Positions 35,526-43,301 of a stretch of 64,000 bases of DNA are shown in pieces. Within the stretch, counting starts at the first letter, position 1. Each line of letters opens with the position of its first letter. Origin of the DNA: Symbiobacterium sp. (GTDB taxonomy: Bacteria > Bacillota > Sulfobacillia > UBA995 > UBA9673); NCBI GenBank assembly GCA_020725405.1, contig DYFB01000015.1, positions 32,157 through 96,156 on the forward strand, read 5' to 3'. The position numbers and the translations under genes were made by a program. The notes beneath the pieces were generated by a model. It made no database searches. It was not told where the DNA came from and saw only the letters and a list, made by a program, of their open reading frames with translations.

Positions 35526-36643
35526 CCCGGCCTGAACAGCCCGCCGAAGAGCAGAGCGACGAGATTCCACAGCCGGACGAGCGTCCGCCAGATGTCCTCC
35601 GCTCTTCCGAGAAGGCTCCGGTCGTCCGGCTCCCTCGGGTCGCTCCCTCCGTCGCCGGGTTCGGGTTCCGAAGGGTCCGGCGGGTCCGCCGGCTCGCCCG
35701 GAGTCGTCACGCCCCGGTCCGGCGGAGACACCGGAGAGCCCCGCGGGATGAGAAGGGTGGTCCAGGCCCGGAGGCTGTCGGCCGCCCTGAGGTCGTTGGC
35801 CGCCATGATGGCGCCCGGATCCACCGCGTAGGCGCGGGCCAGGCCCGAGAGGGTCTCGCCCGGAAGGACGGTATGGAGCACTGCGCCGGCTGGCATCAGG
35901 GCGAGAAGATCGCCGAGGGTTCCGAAGCGGTAGCCCCTTCCGCGGAGGTCGCGGATGATGTCCGGGAGAGCCCCGGGAAGGTTGGTGGCCGAGCCGACGT
36001 GCATGAGGATGATGCCCCCCGGGACGGCCCCTTCCACGACGCGCCGGCGCAGTTCCTCGGCTGGGACCATCCTCCAATCGAGAGAGTCCACCGTCCACAT
36101 TACCACGTAGCGGTAGCCGGCCCGAGCCGCGGCCGAGGCCACGCGCCGGTCGTACTCGCCGTAAGGGGGTCGGAAGTAGGGCGTCAGCGAGCGTCCGGTC
36201 GCCCGGAGAGCAGCCTCGTCCGTGCTCTCGAGCTCCCGGAGGACCTCCTCGTCGGTCAGCGCCGTCAGGTGGGGATGGGTGGCGGTATGGTTCCCCAGGT
36301 CATGGCCCTTCTCGGCCACGGCGCGGGCGAGTTCCGGGAACTGCTCGATCCAGGTCCCCGTCAGGAAGAACGTGGCCGGGACGTCCTCCTCCTCGAGAAT
36401 CTCAAGGAGGGCCCGGGTGTGCCCGCCATCCGAACCGGCATCGAAGGTGAGGGCGACGACCCTCTCCCTCGTAGGGACCCGCGTGAGGACGACGAATCCT
36501 GCCGGGGGCCCGGACCCGTCGGCGCCGTTCAGCGCGCTCCCGGCCTCGCCGCCCCCCGCCGGGAAGGACGAGCAGGGAGCCAGGCCGAGGACGAGGGCCA
36601 GGGCCACGGCCCCGGCCAGGACGTTGACCGCCCTTACCCCCAC
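35522..36643 (-). CDS. Polysaccharide deacetylase (NodB domain) lipoprotein with a C-terminal LysM domain
   Basis: NodB motifs are TFDAGSDGG, HTATHPHL and the RPPYG region. LysM is HTVLPGETLSGLARAYAVDPGAIMAANDL. The signal ends LVLGLAPC. GTG 36643 was chosen; TTG 36703 is an alternative. Confidence 0.8.
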   Translation of the reverse strand: MGVRAVNVLAGAVALALVLGLAPCSSFPAGGGEAGSALNGADGSGPPAGFVVLTRVPTRERVVALTFDAGSDGGHTRALLEILEEEDVPATFFLTGTWIEQFPELARAVAEKGHDLGNHTATHPHLTALTDEEVLRELESTDEAALRATGRSLTPYFRPPYGEYDRRVASAAARAGYRYVVMWTVDSLDWRMVPAEELRRRVVEGAVPGGIILMHVGSATNLPGALPDIIRDLRGRGYRFGTLGDLLALMPAGAVLHTVLPGETLSGLARAYAVDPGAIMAANDLRAADSLRAWTTLLIPRGSPVSPPDRGVTTPGEPADPPDPSEPEPGDGGSDPREPDDRSLLGRAEDIWRTLVRLWNLVALLFGGLFRPG

Positions 36644-36913
36644 GGCTAGCCGCCCCCTCTCCCCCGCCACGGCACCCGGGCCGGTTCTGGGCCACGCTTT
36701 CAAGCAAAAGGCCCTTTTACCTGCGTCGGAGCCCGTTTGTCTTGGCTGGCAATACCTGGCAGGGCATCGGCATCGCCCAGTCTGGCCTGGCGGGACCGGA
36801 ACCCAGGCGGAGGAAACGCTTCCTCGTTAGGGAATTAGCAGTTGTCGGGTCCCCCGAAGGCCGACGCCGAGAGGTACACCATCCGACTCCCGCCGCAAGG
36901 AGCGCCAGACGGC

Positions 36914-39085
36914 ATGACCCCTTCGCAGTTCACCGGCACGACCCAGGAAGACCGGGAGGATAGCCGCGGCCCCTCCTGCTCCGCAAGGCCCGGGTGGCGT
37001 CTTGTCGAGACGGTCTGCCCCTACTGCGGAGCAGGCTGCCGTCTCCGCCTCCGGGTCAGGGGCACCCGCCTGAGCGGGGTGGAGGGCGGGGACGGGCCTC
37101 CCAACCACGGTTGGCTCTGCCTGAAGGGCCGGCTCGGTTGGGACTTCGCGCACCACCCTGACCGTCTGACAGTGCCGCTCGTCCGGAAGGGCGGGCTTCT
37201 GACCGAGACGTCCTGGGCTGAAGCCCTCGACCTCGTAGCCGCCCGGCTCAGCGAGCTGGTTAGGGTCTCCGGCGCGGGCGCCGTCGCCGGTCTTGCTTCC
37301 GGCAAGTGCACGAACGAGGAGAATTTCGTCTTTCAGAAACTGATGCGGGCCGGCCTCGGCACGAACAACATCGACCAGTGCGGACGGCTGTGTCATGCCG
37401 CCTCCGTGGCCGGGCTGACCGCCGCTTTCGGGGCCGGGGCCATGACGAACTCTATCGACGAGCTTGCGTCGGCCGACCTCATCTTCATCATCGGTGCGAA
37501 CCCGACCGTCGCCCATCCGCTCATCGCCGCCCGGATAGAGGAAGCGTGCTCCCGCGGGGCGAGGCTCATCTGCGCCGACCCGAGGTCCATCGAGATCGCC
37601 CGCCTGGCCGATCTTCGCCTCCAACACCTCCCCGGTACGGACGCCGCCCTCCTGAACGCGATGATGCACGTCATCCTCGAGGAGGGCCTGGCTGATGAGC
37701 GCTTCATCGCCGGCCGCACCGAGAACTTCGAGGCCTTCCAGGCCGTTGTCCGAAGGTACCCGCCCGAGCTGGCCGAGGTTGTCAGCGGAGTCCCCGCGGC
37801 AAAGATCCGGGAGGCGGCGGTCCTCTACGCGCAGGCCCCGAGGTCGTCCATCGTCTACTCCTCAGGCCTCACCCAGCACACCACCGGTCTCGCCAACGTC
37901 CTCTCAGTGGCCAACCTGGCCATGCTCACCGGCAACGTGGGCCGCGAGTCGACCGGCGTGAACCCGCTCCTCGGCCAGGTCAACGCCCAGGGGGCCTGCG
38001 ATATGGGGGCCCTTCCGGATGTGTTCCCCGGTTACCAGCCCGTTTGTGTTCCGGCGAGCCGGGAGCGGTACGAAGCCGCCTCGGGTTGCCAGCTCCCGGG
38101 CCAGCCGGGCTTGACGATGACTGAGATTCTCGCGGCGGCCGCCCGCGGTGAGGTCAAGGGGCTCTTCGTCCTGGGTGCGAACCCCGCCCTGTCCGCGCCT
38201 GACCTCAAGCACACGACTCACGCCCTTCGACGACTCGAGTTCCTCGTCGTTCAGGATATCTTCCTTACCGAGACGGCCGAACTGGCCCACGTCGTCCTAC
38301 CCGGTGCCTCCTTCGTCGAGAAGGACGGCACGGTCACCAGCACCGAGCGCCGTGTTCAGCGCATCCGGCGGGCCGTTCCACCGGCCGGGTCGGCCCGGTC
38401 CGACCTCGATATCCTCCTCGACCTTGCCGACCGGCTCGGCCTCGGGCCGGGGCCGGGCGGCCCCGACGAGGTCATGAACGAGATCGCCCGGATGGTCCCC
38501 GACTACGGAGGCCTGTCCTACCGGCGGCTCGATACTTCTCCGGCCGGGATCCAGTGGCCGTGCCCCACGCCGGACCACCCCGGCACGCGCTACCTTCACC
38601 GGTACGGGTTCAGCGGGGGTCGAGCCCCATTCTCACCAGTAGACTACCAGGGGCCTGCGGAGCATCCCGACGAGGACTACCCGCTCATCCTGACCACCGG
38701 ATGCGTCCTCGAGCACTCCCAGACGGGGACCATGAGCCGCCGTTCAACCGGTCTCGGCGGTCTCCTCCAGGGTGCGGGCGTCGAGCTCAACCCGCTCCTG
38801 GCCGCCGAAATGGGCGTGTCCGACGGTGACCCGGTCCGAGTGGTGTCCCGCCGCGGAGCTGTCGTCGCTCGGGCGATCCTCAGCCTCAGCGTCGGACGGG
38901 AGATGGTCTTCCTCCCGTATCATTTCCGGGAGGCCTCGGCCAACCTGCTGACGAACCCGGCCTTCGACCCGGGGGCTAAGACGCCGGAACTCAAGGTGGC
39001 TGCGGTCCGCATCGAGCGCCTGGACGCGGCGACGATCTCGGCTCTGGCCGCGGCCGGAGCCCACGAGAAGGCGCCGGCGGGATGA
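36914..39085 (+). CDS. fdhA: Formate dehydrogenase catalytic (alpha) subunit, molybdopterin/tungstopterin, cysteine type (not selenocysteine)
   Basis: The N-terminal 4Fe-4S motif is VCPYCGAGC. The MopB domain has CTNEENFVFQKL...GTNNIDQCGRLCHAASVAGL, with Cys at the position that is Sec in FdhF. A molybdopterin-binding C-terminus follows. Start is ATG 36914. Confidence 0.85.
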   Translation: MTPSQFTGTTQEDREDSRGPSCSARPGWRLVETVCPYCGAGCRLRLRVRGTRLSGVEGGDGPPNHGWLCLKGRLGWDFAHHPDRLTVPLVRKGGLLTETSWAEALDLVAARLSELVRVSGAGAVAGLASGKCTNEENFVFQKLMRAGLGTNNIDQCGRLCHAASVAGLTAAFGAGAMTNSIDELASADLIFIIGANPTVAHPLIAARIEEACSRGARLICADPRSIEIARLADLRLQHLPGTDAALLNAMMHVILEEGLADERFIAGRTENFEAFQAVVRRYPPELAEVVSGVPAAKIREAAVLYAQAPRSSIVYSSGLTQHTTGLANVLSVANLAMLTGNVGRESTGVNPLLGQVNAQGACDMGALPDVFPGYQPVCVPASRERYEAASGCQLPGQPGLTMTEILAAAARGEVKGLFVLGANPALSAPDLKHTTHALRRLEFLVVQDIFLTETAELAHVVLPGASFVEKDGTVTSTERRVQRIRRAVPPAGSARSDLDILLDLADRLGLGPGPGGPDEVMNEIARMVPDYGGLSYRRLDTSPAGIQWPCPTPDHPGTRYLHRYGFSGGRAPFSPVDYQGPAEHPDEDYPLILTTGCVLEHSQTGTMSRRSTGLGGLLQGAGVELNPLLAAEMGVSDGDPVRVVSRRGAVVARAILSLSVGREMVFLPYHFREASANLLTNPAFDPGAKTPELKVAAVRIERLDAATISALAAAGAHEKAPAG

Positions 39086-39221
39086 TGTTGAAGTTACCGC
39101 TGGTCACTGGCCTTCTCTGTCTTACCGCTGCCGCGCGCCGGAAAGCGCAAAGGTGTATAAAGGTGTATGATTGAGGTCCCAGGCGGGACGAAACCATCGT
39201 GGAGAGGGAGCCGAGCCAGGG

Positions 39222-42200
39222 ATGACGACGATGAGCCTTACACTGGACGGGAGAGAGGTCACAGCCAGGTCCGGCCAGACAATCCTCGAGCTGTGCCGAC
39301 AGGAGGGTGTGTTCATCCCCACCCTGTGTCACGACGAGCAGTTGAGCCCGAGCGGGTCTTGCGGCATGTGCGTCGTGGAAGTCGAGGGTTACGGGCTGGT
39401 GAGCTCGTGTTCGACCCTCACGGCCGACGGTATGGCCGTCCGGACCGACAGCGAGGCGGTCGCCGCCGCGAGGAGGGAGCGCCTCCAGGCCCTCATCAGG
39501 GAGCACTACGGCGACTGCGTCGCTCCGTGCTCGCTCGCCTGTCCGGCCGGCATAGACATCCAGGGCTTCATCGCCCTCATCGCCCGTGGGGCCTACTCGG
39601 AGGCGGCCGACCTCATCCGGGAGACTCTCCCTCTCCCGTCCGTCATCGGGCGGGTCTGTCCCCGCCCGTGTGAGGACGCCTGCCGGCGGAACCTGGTGGA
39701 CCAGCCGGTCGCCATCTGCGCCCTGAAGCGCTTTGCCGGAGACGCCGATCTTGCCGCGGAAGATCGCCGGCCCCTGCCGACCGGGCCTAAGAGCGGCTTC
39801 TCCGTGGCCGTCGTGGGGTCGGGCCCCGCAGGCCTCTCGGCCGCCTACTACCTCGCCCGCGAGGGTCATCAAGTCACCGTGTTCGAGGCCCTGCCCGACC
39901 CGGGCGGGATGCTGCGCTACGGCATCCCTGACTACCGGCTGCCGAGGGCGGTCCTCGACCGTGAGATTGCCACGATAACCGGGCTCGGCGTGACCATCAA
40001 GACGGGCACGGCCCTCGGGACCGACTTCACCCTCGAGGAGCTCTTCAAGGAAGGCTACCGGGCCGTGTTTCTGGCCATCGGGGCCCACAGGAGCACCAAG
40101 ATGAAGGTGGAGGGCGAGGATCTCGCCGGCGTCCTGTCCGGAATCGACTTCCTCAGGGCGGTCACCCTGGGCGAGCCCGTGGAGCTCGGGCGGAGGGTCG
40201 CCGTCATCGGCGGCGGGAACACGGCTATCGACGCCGCTCGGACCGCCGTCCGCCTCGGCGCGGAAGAGGTCACCATCCTTTACCGGCGCTCCAGGACGGA
40301 GATGCCGGCGGCCGAGTGGGAGGTCGAGGAGGCCGAGGAGGAAGGCGTCCACCTCGAGCTTCTCGCCGCCCCCGTCCGCCTCCTCGGCGCGGACGGCCGC
40401 GTGACGGCCATCGAGGTCGTCCGGATGCGTCTCGGTGAGCCCGACGCGAGCGGCCGGCGGCGTCCGGAGCCCATACCCGGGTCGGAAACGATCATGACCG
40501 TCGACTCGGTCATCGCCGCCATAGGGCAGAGCGCTGACCTCACCCCGGTCGAGAGGACCGGCGCCATCGAGACCAAGTGGGGGAACATTGTGGTCGACCC
40601 GGCCAGTCTCCTCACCGGCATGGACGGGGTCTTCGCCGGCGGTGACTGCGTCAGCGGCGCGGCGACCGCGGTCGAGGCCGTTGCCGCCGGGCGACGGGCC
40701 GCCAGAGCCATCCACCGCTACCTCCAGGGTCTCGATCCCCGCGTGGAGGCCGAGCCGTTCAACATCAGCCGGGGGGCTCTTGCGGATCTCGCGGGCCGGC
40801 CGGAGTTCGCTGAGACCGAGCGGAGACCTAGGCAGAAGATGCCCAGGCTACGGCCTGACGAGAGACTCCACCACTTCGAGGAGATTGAGCTCGGCTACCC
40901 TGAGGACATGGCCAGACGGGAGGCTGAGCGCTGTCTCGAGTGCGGCTGCAAGGCGGCCCATGATTGCGCTCTCCGCGAGTTCTCTACGAGCTACGGAGCT
41001 TCTCCTATCCCGGCCGCCGCCGGGCGCCTGTACCCGGTGGACAGGTCGCATCCGATGATCGAACGCGACCCGAACAAGTGCATAAGCTGCGGGCGCTGTG
41101 CCCGCATCTGTCAGGAGGTGCAGGGCGTCGGGGCCCTCTCGGTGACCTATCGGGTCGGGACGAGCGAAGGTTACGGCGGTCCGCTCCTCAATACGACCTG
41201 CGAGTCCTGCGGCCAGTGCGTCGCCGCCTGCCCGGTCGGGGCTCTCGTGGCCAGGAAGGACCTGCGACCGGCCCGAGAGGTCCGGACGGTGTGCCCGTAC
41301 TGCGGCGTCGGTTGCGGCATCTACCTCGGGGTTCGCGGGCAGGCCATCGTCAGCGTCAGGGGCGACCGCGAGAGTCCGGTCAACCACGGCAACCTCTGCG
41401 TCAAGGGTCGCTTCGGCCACGACTTCGTGGGCCATGAACGGCGGCTCAAGACGCCGCTCATCCGGAGGAACGGCCGCCTCACCGAGGTCACCTGGGACGA
41501 GGCCCTGGACCTTGTGGCCCGCGAGTTCGACTCTCGGAAGGGCGACCAATTCGCCCTGGTCTCCTCCGCAAGGTGCACCAACGAGGAGAACTACGTCATC
41601 CAGAAGTTCGGCCGGGCGGTGATGGGCACGAACAACGTCGATCACTGCGCCCGACTCTGCCACGCCCCCTCGGTCGCCGGCCTCGCCCGCACTTTCGGGA
41701 GCGGGGCCATGACCAACTCCATCGGGGAGATAGAGAAAGCCGCCGCCATTCTGGCCATCGGGACGAACACCACCGCCGCCCACCCGGTGATCGGGCTCAA
41801 GGTGAAGAAGGCCGTCCGGCGGGGGAGCCGTCTCATCGTGGCCAACCCCAGACGCATCGACCTGTGCCGCCACGCCCACGTTTGGCTGAAGCAGCGGCCG
41901 GGTACGGATGTCGCTCTCCTTATGGGCATGATGCGGGTCATCGTCGACGAGGGGCTCTTCGACTCCGCTTTCGTCGAGGCCCGCTGCGAGAACTTCGAGG
42001 AGTTCCGGAGCTCGCTTGCGGCCTTCGACCTGGATACCGTGGAGCGTATCACGGGGGTGCCGGCCGGGAAGATCGCCGAAGCGGCTCGGGTCTACGCGAC
42101 CTCCGGCCCGGCCTCCATTCTATACTCCATGGGTATCACCCAGCACTCCCACGGCACCGACAACGTTCTGGCCATCAGCAACCTGGCTCTCCTCACCGGG

Positions 42201-43301
42201 AACGTCGGGAAGCCCTCGTCAGGGGTCAACCCCCTCCGCGGTCAGAACAACGTCCAGGGAGCCTGCGACATGGGGGCTCTCCCGAACGTATATCCCGGCT
42301 ACCAGAGGGTGGACAACCCCGACGTCAGGCGGAAGTTCGAAGAGGCCTGGGGCTGTTCTCTCTCCCCCACGCCGGGGCTCACTCTGACCGAGATGTTCGG
42401 GGCGGCCCACGAGGGACGGGTCAAGGCGCTCTACATCATCGGCGAGAACCCGCTCCTCAGCGAACCCGACGGCCGGCACGTGCGAGAGGCTCTGGAGGCG
42501 GTCGAGTTCCTGGTCGTGCAGGATATCTTCCTCACCGAGACGGCCGAGCTGGCCGACGTGGTCCTCCCGGCTGCCAGCTTCGCCGAGAAGGACGGTACCT
42601 TCACCAACACCGAGCGCCGCGTCCAGCGCGTGCGTAAGGCCGTCGAGCCTGTGGGCCAGGCCAGACCGGACACCTGGATAGTCGCCGAGCTTGCCGGAAG
42701 GATGGGAGCCCCTGGCTTCCGGTCCACGGACCCGGCCGACGTGATGGCCGAGATAGCCTCGGTCACGCCGATTTACGCGGGGATAACCTACGAGCGCCTC
42801 GAGGCCGGTGGACTCGTCTGGCCCTGCCCTTCGCCCGACCACCCCGGCACGCCGATCCTGCACACCGAGAGGTTCCTGACCCCGAGCGGCAAGGGTCAGT
42901 TCGTGCCCCTTGAGTTCCGGCCGCCGGTCGAGACGCCCGACGACGACTACCCGTTGGTCCTGACGACCGAGCGCAGTCTCTACCACTACCACACGGGGAC
43001 GATGACGAGGCGGGTGGCCGGGCTGAACATCCTCAGGCCGCACGAGCTCGTGGAGATGAACCCGAAGGATGCGCTGAAACTCGGCGTCTCCGACGGCGAG
43101 ATGGTGAGGGTCGTCTCGCGCCGGGGCTCCGTGACGGCGAGGGCCAGGCTTACCGAGCAGTCTCCGCCGGGAGTGCTCTCGATGACCTTCCACTTCGCCG
43201 AGAGCCCGACCAACGTGGTCACGAGCCCGGCTCTCGACCCGGTGGCGAAGATACCCGAACTCAAGGTAGCCGCGGTCCGAGTGGAGCGGCTCAGCGGGTA
43301 G
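39222..43301 (+). CDS. Fused NAD(P)H-dependent formate dehydrogenase, 1360 aa: 2Fe-2S ferredoxin domain, then GltD-like FAD/NAD(P) oxidoreductase with Fe-S clusters, then 2x[4Fe-4S], then cysteine-type FdhA catalytic domain
   Basis: The N-terminus SLTLDGREVT...TLCHDEQL..SCGMCVVEV is a NuoG-type 2Fe-2S domain. GRVCPRPCEDAC plus VAVVGSGPAGLSAAYYLAREGHQVTVFEALPDPGGMLRYGIPDYRLP and VAVIGGGNTAIDAA are GltD-like. CISCGRCARICQ and CESCGQCVAACP are two 4Fe-4S sites. VCPYCGVGCGI...CTNEENYVIQKF...CARLCHAPSVAGL is the MopB catalytic domain. Confidence 0.85.
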   Translation: MTTMSLTLDGREVTARSGQTILELCRQEGVFIPTLCHDEQLSPSGSCGMCVVEVEGYGLVSSCSTLTADGMAVRTDSEAVAAARRERLQALIREHYGDCVAPCSLACPAGIDIQGFIALIARGAYSEAADLIRETLPLPSVIGRVCPRPCEDACRRNLVDQPVAICALKRFAGDADLAAEDRRPLPTGPKSGFSVAVVGSGPAGLSAAYYLAREGHQVTVFEALPDPGGMLRYGIPDYRLPRAVLDREIATITGLGVTIKTGTALGTDFTLEELFKEGYRAVFLAIGAHRSTKMKVEGEDLAGVLSGIDFLRAVTLGEPVELGRRVAVIGGGNTAIDAARTAVRLGAEEVTILYRRSRTEMPAAEWEVEEAEEEGVHLELLAAPVRLLGADGRVTAIEVVRMRLGEPDASGRRRPEPIPGSETIMTVDSVIAAIGQSADLTPVERTGAIETKWGNIVVDPASLLTGMDGVFAGGDCVSGAATAVEAVAAGRRAARAIHRYLQGLDPRVEAEPFNISRGALADLAGRPEFAETERRPRQKMPRLRPDERLHHFEEIELGYPEDMARREAERCLECGCKAAHDCALREFSTSYGASPIPAAAGRLYPVDRSHPMIERDPNKCISCGRCARICQEVQGVGALSVTYRVGTSEGYGGPLLNTTCESCGQCVAACPVGALVARKDLRPAREVRTVCPYCGVGCGIYLGVRGQAIVSVRGDRESPVNHGNLCVKGRFGHDFVGHERRLKTPLIRRNGRLTEVTWDEALDLVAREFDSRKGDQFALVSSARCTNEENYVIQKFGRAVMGTNNVDHCARLCHAPSVAGLARTFGSGAMTNSIGEIEKAAAILAIGTNTTAAHPVIGLKVKKAVRRGSRLIVANPRRIDLCRHAHVWLKQRPGTDVALLMGMMRVIVDEGLFDSAFVEARCENFEEFRSSLAAFDLDTVERITGVPAGKIAEAARVYATSGPASILYSMGITQHSHGTDNVLAISNLALLTGNVGKPSSGVNPLRGQNNVQGACDMGALPNVYPGYQRVDNPDVRRKFEEAWGCSLSPTPGLTLTEMFGAAHEGRVKALYIIGENPLLSEPDGRHVREALEAVEFLVVQDIFLTETAELADVVLPAASFAEKDGTFTNTERRVQRVRKAVEPVGQARPDTWIVAELAGRMGAPGFRSTDPADVMAEIASVTPIYAGITYERLEAGGLVWPCPSPDHPGTPILHTERFLTPSGKGQFVPLEFRPPVETPDDDYPLVLTTERSLYHYHTGTMTRRVAGLNILRPHELVEMNPKDALKLGVSDGEMVRVVSRRGSVTARARLTEQSPPGVLSMTFHFAESPTNVVTSPALDPVAKIPELKVAAVRVERLSG

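Noticed and set aside
36703-36703. TTG 36703 as the start of the LysM deacetylase, and ORF-track starts upstream of ldh (34305), PHP (1410), hfq (20722) and AcuB-like (12332)
   Set aside because: Homology to the family N-termini and SD spacing support the downstream starts. The upstream extensions are Arg/Pro-rich and lack RBSs.
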